The notes: a model not told the origin generated them from the sequence alone. Shown: positions 1 to 11,508, counted from the stretch's first letter. The stretch: DNA of 64,000 nucleotides from a virus (IMGVR_UViG_3300028283_000231), one strand, 5' to 3'. Numbers and translations: made by a program.

Positions 1-98
1 GCGGTTGATCAATTTAGAGAATTGAAAGATAAAGATCATAAATATGTTAAGTATTCTGTATTTGATACAGGGGATAAAAAAATGAAGAAATTAGATAT

Positions 99-1091
99 AT
101 GAAAAACTTTACAAGATTTATCAATGAAAATCTAGGAGAGAAGGATGATTTCTCTGGTGTACTATCAGCAATGATGGAACTACCAACAGAAGAAATTTTA
201 AGATTTCGTGACGAACTAAAAAGTTCTCTAAACGAAAGTGCTCTCAACGAAGCGTACTCCATAGATTTCTTTACTGGTTTAAAAGCTAAATTTAGAAGAT
301 GGTTTACTGATAAACTTTTCAACTTCTTGATCAACAGGAAGAAAGAATATTACGAAAAGTTAATTGATAAATTGGCTATATTTGATTTAACACAAATAGA
401 TGACGTTTACAAGGCTTTCCCAGCTTTTCAATTGAAATCCATGTACCTTGCTGGTGGTATGGACGCTGCTAAAAAAGGTGGCAAAGTTGGTTGGAGAAAT
501 TTAGTAGAATACGAACTCGAAGTTAATCACCCAGGTAATAAAAAGAATTGTCCAGAAGTCACGATATACCTTGGTCCTGAAGGGGACGAAGAAGTTGTAG
601 TTAAACCATCATATTGTATTGACGGTCCTATGTTGGATTTATTCATTACCAATCCAAAGAAATGTTTAAATTTATATAACTATCCAGCTTTATTAAACCC
701 AGTTAGAAAAGAAGTTGATAGAAATAAAATGGATTTTGATACCTACATTGGCGCACTAAAAAGCGCTAAATCAAATCAACAAGAAATAGAAGACGCTATC
801 AGATTCTTTAGAGAAACAGTATCTAAAAGAATAGCTTACGAAGACGAATTAATCATAAATAAATCAGACGCTATATTCTTGGGACTCAATCCTGTAGCTG
901 GTGCTGGAACTTACGCTGAGCTTCAGTTGCTTAGTTTCATAGAAAAACCGCTCTTCTGTACACTTGTAGAAGGATATGAGAATATGGTTGGTGGGTTTAA
1001 ATTATGGAACATGCCACAACTTTGTAAGATGACAAGAAATGAAAAAGAAATGTTAACACTGGTAGATACTCTATATGAGGCTGCTCATTAA
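99..1091 (+). CDS. Nucleoside 2-deoxyribosyltransferase-like fold protein with N-terminal capsid-targeting-like peptide
   Basis: Motifs MYLAGGM, SDAIF and GAGTYAEL match the NDT/Rossmann-like pattern; N-terminus MKNFTRFINE. Confidence 0.5.
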   Translation: MKNFTRFINENLGEKDDFSGVLSAMMELPTEEILRFRDELKSSLNESALNEAYSIDFFTGLKAKFRRWFTDKLFNFLINRKKEYYEKLIDKLAIFDLTQIDDVYKAFPAFQLKSMYLAGGMDAAKKGGKVGWRNLVEYELEVNHPGNKKNCPEVTIYLGPEGDEEVVVKPSYCIDGPMLDLFITNPKKCLNLYNYPALLNPVRKEVDRNKMDFDTYIGALKSAKSNQQEIEDAIRFFRETVSKRIAYEDELIINKSDAIFLGLNPVAGAGTYAELQLLSFIEKPLFCTLVEGYENMVGGFKLWNMPQLCKMTRNEKEMLTLVDTLYEAAH

Positions 1092-1293
1092 AGAATATCA
1101 AACCAAACGCTGTGTTCAGTGCTAAAATGAGATTTAAACTCATTAATAGTCTTTTCTAACAATTCGTTATCGCCAGACATTTCAATCTCTGTGATGTTAA
1201 TAATACTCTCAATGGTATCTTTACCATAATGTTTGATTCTGACTTCGTTCTCAAGCCAGTTAATCAATTCGAGTGTTTTTACTGCTTTCATAA

Positions 1294-1809
1294 TTATTCG
1301 GGTTCGTAATAAAAATTTTTTGTGTTCTCAATAACTTTAATGAGTTCCAAAACCTTTGGCCCACTAACCTCAAAAACGCTAACATAACGCATACCGTTAC
1401 GTCTACTCATATATATATTAAGAGTGTGATGGTCATGGGTCTTTTGGTGATGTATTCTAAAACAAATACTCACCGCCTCAGCTAATTTGTGTGTGAAAAG
1501 ATACTGTGTATAAGTGGTATAGTTCCTTCTTTCCCACATATAGGTACTAGTCTCATTTGTGGCCCTAATCAACTGATCAACAGCAACATCCTTAGTGATG
1601 TCTAGATTATTTGGAACTTCAAACATTACTTGGTCTTTAAGAAACTTTTCAACAATCAATAAATCGGTGTTATCCCATCCACCTAACTGGTTAAGTAACT
1701 TGGTGGCATCTGTATCACCACTCTTTAAGAATTCATTAACGATGTTCAAATGCCTTTGTGTGCAATGAGTTACACCTAATTGCGTGAGCAAACTTTCTGA
1801 TGTCTTCAT
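1294..1809 (-). CDS. Hypothetical protein
   Basis: 171-aa ORF in a minus-strand run of small genes. Confidence 0.6.
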   Translation of the reverse strand: MKTSESLLTQLGVTHCTQRHLNIVNEFLKSGDTDATKLLNQLGGWDNTDLLIVEKFLKDQVMFEVPNNLDITKDVAVDQLIRATNETSTYMWERRNYTTYTQYLFTHKLAEAVSICFRIHHQKTHDHHTLNIYMSRRNGMRYVSVFEVSGPKVLELIKVIENTKNFYYEPE

Positions 1810-1827
1810 ATATTTATAAATTTAATA

Positions 1828-2472
1828 TTACCAATCAATTCTAATTGAATATTCACCAGCGTCAATCAATCCCTTCATATATAGGTCGTTAGCTACTGTG
1901 TGAATACTTGGATAAAAATTTCTGTCCCACCACAAATCGGATTATTCAAGCACGGAAATAATATTACGAAGTAATGGTAAAAATCCTTTACTGTATGTAA
2001 AACTTGCGAACAACTCGATTTTTAATTTTTTCCCAACTCCTGCTTTTGACCCGTTCACTTTTTTCGGTTTTTGCAAGACTCTCCCATTTGGAAGAAATTT
2101 CACGAACTTCTTCCATGGTTACGGATAGTTTTCCGCGTCCGAGCGTGGTCTTTGGAGCGAATATTTTTAAATCGGTCATATTACCATGATTTTTGGGGAT
2201 GTCCATTCTTTAGTGTCACGTTCTAACCATTTTTGAAATTTAACACCCATAACTTCACCGTTAATGATTTCTGGGATTTCATCGTGCATTTCATCTTCCT
2301 GTTCGTCAGCCCAATCACAAGGTACTTCTAAATTAACAATTCCTCTAGATTGGCAACCATCTTGTTGCTGAAAACAATAAGGTTTATCGTAAGTACTTGA
2401 TACTAAATTGTCCCAATCCTGACAGTCAATCATTTTTACGTTCTTTATCCTTAGTTTTTTAACATGTGCCAT
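1828..2472 (-). pseudogene. Interrupted hypothetical phage gene
   Basis: ORF 2176..2472 stops early; the same frame resumes after several stops with a protein-like tail SDLWWDRNFYPSIHTVANDLYMKGLIDAGEYSIRIDW* ending at 1828. Confidence 0.45.
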
Positions 2473-2783
2473 ATATCGATCTATTTTTTCTTTTATATAT
2501 TAAATACAAAGATAATAAAATTATTCAACATAAAAAATTACGGTTTTAAAAATTTAATATATAAAGAAAAAATCTTTAACCATGAAGAATGTTTTCATTG
2601 TAGAAAAAGACGATTCTATCGTTATTACAGGTAAAGAAGGAACTAAAACCTATAAATTAAATGGTATCTTTACACAATTTAGTGATAAGAGTAAAAATAG
2701 ACCATATTATACAGAAGAAGAATATAAAGTACATCTTGAAGAATTGAAAAATAGAAAACCAGGAATAGAAACCAACGAACATA

Positions 2784-4184
2784 ATGGATAAATTTACTAA
2801 CAAATATATAGGACACTTCGATATTCTGAAAAAATCAATACTCGGTTTCGAATTTGAATTTTACACAGATAGAAGTTACTACAAACTATTAGAACTACTT
2901 AACAGAGAACTTGCCCCTATCAAAGTCTGGGGTAAGAGAAAATATCACTCCGACCAAGAAGTTGATGAATATAATTTCAAAATCGAACCTGATCTCTCTG
3001 GTGGTCCTAATATGGTAGAACTTATCACTGGTCCTATGCCCTATAACAACGCTAAACTTATATTACTCAAAATTTTAAGTATATTACAAACCTACGCTAA
3101 AACTGACGATAAAACATCCATTCACATTAATATATCTTTTGATAAAGATCTTAGTGATAAGACACTAGATCACCTTAATAAACTTAAACTCATCTTAAAT
3201 ACAGATGAAGAACTCATTTTTAAATTCTTCCCAACAAGAAAAGATAACTTCTACTCAAAAAGTGTGAAAAGACTTATTCCATTCAAAGGATACGACTACG
3301 TTAATGATGCTATTAATATTCTTGTAAACAATATACAATTACCTGATACTAAATATTATGGTATAAATATCAAGGAAGCGTATAACGGACGTCTTGAATT
3401 TAGATATATTGGTGATAAAGATTACCAGTTCAAAACCAGAGAGATAATGGAATTAATGGATTATTTTATTTCATTGACTTGGAATAGTATAGATGAAGAA
3501 CTTGACGACGAAGATATCGAGAAGTTAAGAAAATTCTTGGAAGAAAATATAAATAATTTCAAGAACTTTACTAAACTCGAAAATTTTATAGCTGAATTTC
3601 CTACAATCCAACTGGAGGTGGATAAAGATGAAAGTTTTGTAGTCGTAAAATCTTATTATTCGAATATATACACAAAGATATATGATTTAGTAAAGAACAT
3701 TTACAATTTGAATAACTGTTTAATAAATTGGGACACTGATAGTAAGATGTTGGAGTTGGTAGATGCTGATTTTCAGACTATATTTGATTTAAGTAATATA
3801 GGTATTATAGACAGTAATGCTGGTGGAGGAACTTATAATAATTGTACTTTTATAAACTGCGAGGTTAAAAATGCTCATTTACATAATTGTACTTTATTGA
3901 GTTGTGATGTTTATAATTGTAAGATGGAGAACACTGATGTGGATCAATCTTGTGTGTTAAAAAATTGTTATTTCTACGGTGGTAAGATGGATGGCGAATT
4001 TGTTTCTGGCGTCTTCCGTTCAGGAAAAGTTGGTGAATTCGGGGTGGTTTCCGATGACGTGAGAATAGTAACAGATATGGATAGTTACTTTAATACTTCC
4101 ATTGAACAGGAAAATCCAGAACAGAAGAAAGGTGTATCTAAACCGAAGAAACTTAACCCTTATAACAATCCAAGAAAATTTTAA
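2784..4184 (+). CDS. Putative amidoligase (COOH-NH2 ligase type 2) with low-complexity beta-repeat C-terminus
   Basis: GFEFEF, TSIHINISF and RLEFRYIG motifs typical of phage amidoligase_2 proteins. Confidence 0.7.
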   Translation: MDKFTNKYIGHFDILKKSILGFEFEFYTDRSYYKLLELLNRELAPIKVWGKRKYHSDQEVDEYNFKIEPDLSGGPNMVELITGPMPYNNAKLILLKILSILQTYAKTDDKTSIHINISFDKDLSDKTLDHLNKLKLILNTDEELIFKFFPTRKDNFYSKSVKRLIPFKGYDYVNDAINILVNNIQLPDTKYYGINIKEAYNGRLEFRYIGDKDYQFKTREIMELMDYFISLTWNSIDEELDDEDIEKLRKFLEENINNFKNFTKLENFIAEFPTIQLEVDKDESFVVVKSYYSNIYTKIYDLVKNIYNLNNCLINWDTDSKMLELVDADFQTIFDLSNIGIIDSNAGGGTYNNCTFINCEVKNAHLHNCTLLSCDVYNCKMENTDVDQSCVLKNCYFYGGKMDGEFVSGVFRSGKVGEFGVVSDDVRIVTDMDSYFNTSIEQENPEQKKGVSKPKKLNPYNNPRKF

Positions 4185-5049
4185 ATTCGGAATAATTTTT
4201 ATCTATTATAAATAAAAATTTATGTCCTCTGTTTAAACAAGATTTCTGTTTTTCTAAATTTTTATTTATATCTAATTCGTACCATATTTTACTTTTTATC
4301 TCTATGATCAAATTATACTGAGGTAAATAGAAATCTGGGTAATATTTTCTGATTTTATCATTTAATTTGTAGTCAATTGAAAATCCTCTTTCTATTTGAA
4401 AATAATTATAAAAATTATCTAGAAAGTCCTTTTCATATGATGATTGATAATATAAATCTGTATTTTTATATTTGTTTTCTTTACGAAGCGATCTAAATCT
4501 AGATTGCATCATTTTTTCTTTTACAAATTCATTATTTAATGGATTTTCACATCCATATCTTTGTAAATTTGTTATTTTAATTTTATTTTTAACCCCTTCA
4601 CATTGAAAAACATTTTCACAATCATATTTCACAATATTTGTGTTATTTCTTTTTTCTATAACTATGGGACTTGATAATCCCCAGTCGGTGCCCCAATGTT
4701 TTCTATTAGTTTCAATTTTTTTATTTTTTATTTCTCTGGATTTAGACACGTTATCAACATTATATCTATCCATAATAGTGTTCTTAGATTTCAATTTAAT
4801 ATCATCATTTTCAAATACGTTTTTACAACCATATCTTTCTAAATTAGTTTTATCTATTTTCACTGTTTTACATTTCACACAAGTACATATCTCCCCTTTT
4901 TGTATATACGACATGTACCTCCTATATTCCATTTTATAATGTTTTCTACAAATATCACATATTACTTCAACTTCAATATGACTACCAACTGATAAGTCTG
5001 AGACATTTATTTCTTTTCCCCTAAATTTAACTTTTTCTGTTATTATCAT
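4153..5049 (-). CDS. Homing-endonuclease-like PD-(D/E)XK nuclease with YG..N repeats
   Basis: CxxC pairs, repeated (R/K)YGxxN units, C-terminal YYPDFYLP..NLIIEIKS nuclease motif. Confidence 0.7.
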   Translation of the reverse strand: MIITEKVKFRGKEINVSDLSVGSHIEVEVICDICRKHYKMEYRRYMSYIQKGEICTCVKCKTVKIDKTNLERYGCKNVFENDDIKLKSKNTIMDRYNVDNVSKSREIKNKKIETNRKHWGTDWGLSSPIVIEKRNNTNIVKYDCENVFQCEGVKNKIKITNLQRYGCENPLNNEFVKEKMMQSRFRSLRKENKYKNTDLYYQSSYEKDFLDNFYNYFQIERGFSIDYKLNDKIRKYYPDFYLPQYNLIIEIKSKIWYELDINKNLEKQKSCLNRGHKFLFIIDKNYSEFKIFLDCYKG

Positions 5050-5441
5050 AACTTTATATATTTCTTTTACATAGGTATATATAAAAATATTTTAGTCATA
5101 TTTTTCTACTTTTTCTACAAAATGGAAAAATATGACTTTTTTAACTTAATATATACGATTAAAAACAACATGGAAGAAATTACTTATAAGATAGAGATTA
5201 TTGAACCTTTAACATTTGATGTTAAATTTGGTAAACCTTTTTATAATTTTAGTATAGATATAATAAAAATTAAAGACAATGGCAGCGAAGAAGAAGAATG
5301 TAAAAGTCTTTTTTACAATGGATGAAGAAATTTACAAAGATTTCGAAAAATATATAGAAGAGAATATTATTGATAAATCAAAGCTTTTAGAGAAGTTGAT
5401 TATTAAGTATTTAGAAGAAAACAAAAAAATAATAAAACAAT

Positions 5442-6063
5442 ATGGATCCAATATTTAAATGGACTGGTGGAAAAAGAAAAGAAATAAAAACGTTTGGAAA
5501 ATATTATCCAGATTTTGTTAAGAATAAAGAAAAGTATCTATATGTAGAACCGTTCTTTGGAGGAGGAGCAGTTTATTGGGATTTGGAAAATGATATGAAC
5601 ATTATAAATGACGTGGATTTTGATCTTATAAGTTTTCTAATGACATTAAAAAAACAACCTGATGAGATATCATCTATTATAGATGATATTGTTCCTAAAA
5701 TTGAAGATATAACAAATAAGGAGAAACAAGGTATTATAGATTGAAATATTTTCTGGTAATTATAAAGATATTATGATTAATAATGATAACGATAATGTCT
5801 TTATGTATTTAGATCCACCATATACTAGGGATTTTAAAGAATATAGTCACGGTAATGTTTTCGATGATGATTCACAAAAAGAATTATCAAAAGTCTTTAA
5901 AAGTATCAAAAAAGGAAAAGTAATGTTGATAATCAATAAAGACGAATTCACAACATCACTTTATAAAGATTACATTAAAGATGAATATGATTTAAAATAT
6001 GCTACTAATATAAAGAATAGATATGATAATAATGTTAAACATTTAATAATAACTAATTATTAA
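5442..6063 (+). pseudogene. dam: DNA adenine methyltransferase (Dam/D12 class), split and internally deleted
   Basis: 5442..5744 has KWTGGK and YVEPFFGGGAV; 5773..6063 has YLDPPY; the pieces are out of frame and the middle of the enzyme is missing. Confidence 0.75.
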
Positions 6064-6403
6064 ATGGTATTCAATTTTTTGGATATTACTGAGAGAACTC
6101 TTTTAATATTTTCTTCTTGATCAACTTTCTTAATATTTGCTATATGATCGAAATCTAAATCAAGAATTTTCGAAATTTCTCTACCTGTTCTTAACGAGAA
6201 ATCTTTTCTATTTGTTTTAATAGATGAATATTTTAAATCTGAACATCTCCATAAAACTAATCCGAAATCAACGTCTTTGAATCTTTATTGCCATTCCAAC
6301 TATCACAGAGTCCGGTGACATGTAACATGTTTGTTACTGAGTTGTAATCTCCCCTCATTCCTGTGTTTAGAACTATTTTAATTCCACCTAATATTGTAGC
6401 CAT
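6060..6403 (-). pseudogene. Frameshifted remnant gene convergent on dam (possible restriction endonuclease remnant)
   Basis: Protein-like tail KDVDFGLVLWRCSDLKYSSIKTNRKDFSLRTGRE...LNTI* preceded by frame breaks. Confidence 0.35.
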
Positions 6404-6487
6404 TTTTTTTTATTTTTTAAATTTTTACAAATATACTAAAATTATTTAAATTAAAAAACTTAATTCATCATTTTAATATATAGGATT

Positions 6488-7156
6488 ATGATAAAAGTAT
6501 TTGAACAGTTTAATGAAAATGATCCTTATGGCGAAGAAAATTGGGATATTCCAATAACTTTGGATAATTATTTAGAAATTATTAGAAATAATATAGATGG
6601 AGATGCTACAATAAAAGAAACGAGAATAGGATTGCATTTTGTAGAATTTGATATAATGAATAATCTTCCTAATAATATTAAAAAGAAACTAACTTTTCAT
6701 TTACATCATATTGGTGGAGGTATATTTGGATTATTATTAATAAACGACAATAGTGAAATAAATTTAGATCCAATTGGACCAGATGATATTTTTAGTGATT
6801 TAGATGAAAAGATTGATAAATTGATCCACTGTTTTTTTTATGAACCAAGTGACCCTTTCAAAGTAAAAAAAATATTTGAACAATTTAATGAGAATGATCC
6901 TTATAATGAAGAAGAATGGGGAGATAATGAAGAATTTGAGAAAGATGATTTATTAATAGCTAAAAAAAGTCAATTCAAAAGAAGAAAGTCTGGTATAGTT
7001 GAACGTATTGTTCAAGGTGAAATATATAGAGTAAGAAATGTTATTTATGCTGGCGGTTCAGGAACAAAATATCATACTATAATCGTCCCAGGTATCCTTA
7101 CTCCAGTTGCCGTTTTTGGTATTGAACAAATGAAAGAATTTTTTGAAAAAAAGTAA
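6488..7156 (+). CDS. Hypothetical virion-associated protein with two FEQFNENDPY..EE.W modules
   Basis: N-terminal MIKVFEQFNENDPYGEENWD repeated internally as KKIFEQFNENDPYNEEEWGD; ATATATA promoter upstream. Confidence 0.7.
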   Translation: MIKVFEQFNENDPYGEENWDIPITLDNYLEIIRNNIDGDATIKETRIGLHFVEFDIMNNLPNNIKKKLTFHLHHIGGGIFGLLLINDNSEINLDPIGPDDIFSDLDEKIDKLIHCFFYEPSDPFKVKKIFEQFNENDPYNEEEWGDNEEFEKDDLLIAKKSQFKRRKSGIVERIVQGEIYRVRNVIYAGGSGTKYHTIIVPGILTPVAVFGIEQMKEFFEKK

Positions 7157-7486
7157 AATAAAATATGGCATCAGTAAAAGAATGTTTAAGAAGATTAACA
7201 GAGCAGAATATAGATATGAGCGTTAATAAGCACGTTAAATACCTTATAGAAAACGTAGAAGAACCACAACTTCTATTTAAATTATCTTCTCACTCTGGTA
7301 TAAAGATAGATAATAATATAATTAATCTATGGTACAATCCAGGTGTGGGTTTCCAATGTGATAATATGTTCAGAGAACGTTACGGAAGATTACCTCTTTG
7401 TAATTATATTGAAAGGTTCCTTAACGAAGAAATAAGAAAACTTTAACCTCCTCTTTATTAATATATAGGAAGAAAACAGGTTAAAT

Positions 7487-7782
7487 TTGTCCCCAATATT
7501 CAAGTGTGTTTTAATGAGTGGTTCAACTGTTCTTCATTTAACTGAAATGGAGGAAGTTACTACTGGTAAAACTGCTGTAGAGCATAATGTTTATTTAACA
7601 GATCCAAGTATAGTATATACTGAATGTGCAGACACAGGTCCTTATTTTGCGTCAACTGGAGTAAAGCAGTTATAACAAACACTGCAGATCCGTTGAATAA
7701 TTGGCAATTATTCAACGGACTAGACTCAAATGGTTATCCCACAGCAACTTGGCCAGTTACTCCTATTTATAGTATTCCTTAA
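7487..7782 (+). pseudogene. Frameshifted hypothetical gene
   Basis: ORF ends at 7675; the -1 frame from about 7666 continues AVITNTADPLNNWQLFNGLDSNGYPTATWPVTPIYSIP*. Confidence 0.35.
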
Positions 7783-8510
7783 CCTCTTGTTGAGGTTGTA
7801 TTTATTGCTTCACGTGTGTCCCACCAGTTAGGTTCATCTGGTGGCATTTCCCTGGAAACTTCAACTGGTTCTTCTATCACTTGATCCCCCATGTCTTCAA
7901 TCTCTCGTGTATCGTAACCAACAGTATCATATCTTTGGGATACTTTCAATTTGGCTTCAGCGTATGGGTTTTTTGAAGACTTCTTTGGTTTATCCTGTTC
8001 AAATCCCTTAAAATCCTTGAATTTTTCCCTGAATTCTGAAAATTCGTTTTCAAATACGTCAATAGGAATCTGGTGAGTTAAGTCAGGATAAAGTTTAATT
8101 TGTGCGTCTTCATATTTAAAATCTTTCAACATTTTGATACACCTCTTAACATCTACTTCTTCGTCTTTCACGGAAAAAATAAACTGTTTCTGGTAATCAT
8201 CATTGTTAGTGGAATTACTATTGGGTTTAAGTTCTCCACCACTTTTCGAGAAAAAAGCTGGATTAATCAATAAGGCTGGACAACGAACAATATTGGAGAT
8301 ATGAAATCCCAAATATCCACCAAGAGAAGTACCTACTATTAAAGTAGGATTGTTACTACCAAATAATTCGTTGGCATAGGAACTAATCAAGTTTCTGTGA
8401 TTAGTATAATCGATATCGGGGAAATATACTTCGTCACCAAACTTTGAAAGTATTTTATACTTGGCGTCGTTAAAATGTCCACCCCAACCGTGAAAATAAG
8501 CTATTCTCAT
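7779..8510 (-). CDS. YqiA/YcfP-like alpha/beta hydrolase (esterase)
   Basis: YFHGWGG, GTSLGG nucleophile elbow, LLINPA, late H in THQ. Confidence 0.8.
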   Translation of the reverse strand: MRIAYFHGWGGHFNDAKYKILSKFGDEVYFPDIDYTNHRNLISSYANELFGSNNPTLIVGTSLGGYLGFHISNIVRCPALLINPAFFSKSGGELKPNSNSTNNDDYQKQFIFSVKDEEVDVKRCIKMLKDFKYEDAQIKLYPDLTHQIPIDVFENEFSEFREKFKDFKGFEQDKPKKSSKNPYAEAKLKVSQRYDTVGYDTREIEDMGDQVIEEPVEVSREMPPDEPNWWDTREAINTTSTRG

Positions 8511-8798
8511 ATTGTGTTTTTAAATTTTATTAAGGATTGAATCTACTGTACCTAAATCGTAATCTGAAAGAGAGTTAAACCAATCATCTTCACAATCATC
8601 AAGAGACACTCCGCATTTCTTATCTGACCTTCCGTTCTTTAACAGAGGGTAAACCATTTTAGTTTTCGAATCGATTGAACAACCAACAGAATTTAATTTG
8701 TAAACCATATCTTTTTGTTTTAAACTGTTAATATCGGACGAGTTACCGAGTGCTTCTCTGGGGAGGGCTCTCACCCCTATCGTTACAACGTCATATTT

Positions 8799-8972
8799 TT
8801 AGAAAACAACTTTTTTGTTATCTTTTCTGTTATAAGCTTTCTTGTTTTTGAAAACTTTGTGGGTTGCAACAAAACCATTACCTAACCCCATTTCTCTATC
8901 GGCAATTTTCACGGCTTTGATGTAATCCATTACACCGAAGGTGACTTTGTTGGTATTTTTAGTGTTTTTCAT
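8799..8972 (-). CDS. Small basic protein (57 aa), not in the ORF track
   Basis: Manual translation MKNTKNTNKVTFGVMDYIKAVKIADREMGLGNGFVATHKVFKNKKAYNRKDNKKVVF; TATCTTTG promoter at 9017-9024 on the minus strand. Confidence 0.7.
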   Translation of the reverse strand: MKNTKNTNKVTFGVMDYIKAVKIADREMGLGNGFVATHKVFKNKKAYNRKDNKKVVF

Positions 8973-9127
8973 TGTCGTAAGTTTTTTAATAGGGTTATTG
9001 TCTTAATTTGATAACACAAAGATACGACAATCCCGTTAGATAAAAAAATAATTTGAAAAATTTTCAAACTTTTTATTTCACCGTAATCCCTTATATATAT
9101 GAAAAATTTATTTGTTTTTTTCTATTT

Positions 9128-10195
9128 TTATCTCGCCCACCTTGGCGTTCCAATAGGTCCCTCCTTTGGTTTAGATTTAGGCTTCTTACCCTTTTCTGAT
9201 ATAGTATGAACTTTATACATCAGATCATTTAACTCTTCTATCGACGTTGCTTTCTTACAATCTTCGTAAGCGTCATAAACCTCAGCAAACCTGTCTTCCC
9301 AGTCTATTGAATTAGGCATTTCCCTTATCATGCCTTTAATTGCATCCAATGTGTATCTCCTGTAATCCTCTAAATCATTAGCCACAAGAAGTTCATGACT
9401 CTTTGGTTTCTCTTCAATAATTTTATTAAAATCTATTAAATCATTAATACTTGGTCGAGTGAGGAACGGTGATTCAAATTTTCTGCCTAGATATTTCTTA
9501 TTTAATTTTTGAATAAGAGCAATAAGTGCTGGATATTCTTTTAGAGATATACTTCTGATTACTGTTGTATTATGTGATATATTGCCAGTTTTATTTTCAG
9601 TTTTGAGTAGCACTCTAAGTATATTATCTTCTTTAATCTCTGATTCGTCGCAAGATCTAACAGAAAAAACCATCCCTTTAAGTTTTGTTAAAGCGTGTTT
9701 ACAAATGAAAGTAGCAACGTGCTTATCATGATAAGTATCTTCCCAGTTTAACTTACCTTCTTCTGTATGTTTAGTGAGCAGGGACAAGAGTTTCAGATTT
9801 TTTAATTTCTCTGAACGTTCTTTGCCTTCTGCGTCGTTTGTAAAAAATTCGTTCAAAACGCTTTCATTTAAATACTTAACATCTCCATCTCTGTGTTTTT
9901 TATTAAGAGCGTCAATGAGATCGTAAAGTAAAGGTTGAGTTCTAATTGTTAAAAGTGATACTAATGTTTCTAATTTGTTTTCACCAGTGGGGCCAAATGT
10001 TATAGATAAATCAGATTGATACTTCTCTCTTTTTGATGTTACTGTGAATATAAGATTCTTTTTATCTGTGACTTTTTTAATGTATTTGAAAACTAATTTA
10101 TCACTAGTCTCAATAGTATTCCACCACCTAATCTCTCTCGATTCAGTCTTTAATAGTAACTCTCTTACAACCTGTCTAGTATTTTCAATTGGCAT
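9128..10195 (-). CDS. Hypothetical protein with two copies of a dispersed paralogous domain
   Basis: Internal repeat L..T....(I/L).W ... (V/L)T..K...F. Confidence 0.7.
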   Translation of the reverse strand: MPIENTRQVVRELLLKTESREIRWWNTIETSDKLVFKYIKKVTDKKNLIFTVTSKREKYQSDLSITFGPTGENKLETLVSLLTIRTQPLLYDLIDALNKKHRDGDVKYLNESVLNEFFTNDAEGKERSEKLKNLKLLSLLTKHTEEGKLNWEDTYHDKHVATFICKHALTKLKGMVFSVRSCDESEIKEDNILRVLLKTENKTGNISHNTTVIRSISLKEYPALIALIQKLNKKYLGRKFESPFLTRPSINDLIDFNKIIEEKPKSHELLVANDLEDYRRYTLDAIKGMIREMPNSIDWEDRFAEVYDAYEDCKKATSIEELNDLMYKVHTISEKGKKPKSKPKEGPIGTPRWAR

Positions 10196-10245
10196 AGCAA
10201 AGATATATGTGAACTATTTTTCAATTATATATTAAAATATAATAT

Positions 10246-11508
10246 TCAAATATCAACTTTCATAGACTCATCTATTGATGACGCCTCCAGTTGTTTTTGT
10301 TTATAGACCGATTGCATTCCACAACCAGTCTCAAGTTCTTTTAAGAAATATTGATAACCTATATTTCTTATATTTATTGATGCGTTATAATCTCTATCAT
10401 GTTTCGTTCCACACCTAGGACATAACCATTCTCTAATATCAAGAGTTAAATTTTGATTTATCCATCCACATTTCGAACACATTTTACTACTTGGGAACCA
10501 TCTATTTATATAAACTATATTTCTCCCATACCATTTAGCTTTATATTCCAAGAAATTAGTAAATTTACTCCAAGAAACATCTGAAATCGATTGCGCCAAT
10601 TTATGATTTTTCATAATCCCTTCCACATTAAGATCTTCAAGACATATAACTTGGTTTTCGTTAATAAGTCTTATAGACAATTGATGTAGAAAATTTAATC
10701 TCTTGTTCTTTATTTTTTCATGTAAAGATACAAAATTTAATCTTTTATTATAATATTTTTTAGATTTTTTATTTTTTATTTTTGATAATTTTTTTTGTCT
10801 ATATTTTATTTTTTTTAAACTTTTTTTGAGAAATTTAGGGTTTTCAATTATTTGTTTATCAGATATCACTGCAAAATTTTTAACTCCTAAATCTATCCCT
10901 ATCACATTATTATTTTTTATTAATTCATTTATAAATACTTTCATATTTAGTGATATAAACCATTTTCCATTTGAATTTTTAGATATGTTTAAAGATATTA
11001 TATCGCCTTCAATTTTTCTATGGGGGTTGAATCTAATACCATCCTTAAACTTAGGAAAAGATATCTTATTTTCTTGAACTTTTATAGATATGTATCCATT
11101 CACGCTTTGTTGAGGAGATTTAAAAGACCCCCCATTTTTTTTAGATTTAAATTTAGGAAAACGATTTTGCTTTCTGAAAAATCGGAGATATGCTGCGTCT
11201 AAATTTTTTAAAGACCATTGTATTGATTGACTATTTACTTCATTTAGCCAATCGTATCTCTCATCTTTTTTCAATTCTGTTAACATTTTCGATGTTTGAA
11301 TATATGAAATGTTATCTTTTGAACTTAAATATCTGTCTTTTTTAAGATTTAAAAAATAATTATATATGAATCTAACACACCCTATATGTTTATTCAGAAC
11401 AATTTCTTGTTCTTTAGTTGGATATAATCTAAATTTATAAGATTTTATAATCTCTTTCATTGAAAATATCTTAATCTTTATTATTATATATAATAATAAA
11501 AAAGTCAT
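10246..11508 (-). mobile_element. tnpB: IS200/IS605-family TnpB RNA-guided endonuclease, solo, no tnpA
   Basis: YKFRLYPT HTH; RuvC motifs GIDLG, CLEDL and HDRDYNAS; zinc ribbon CSKCG/CPRCG; likely start MKEIIKSY at about 11460. Confidence 0.92.
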
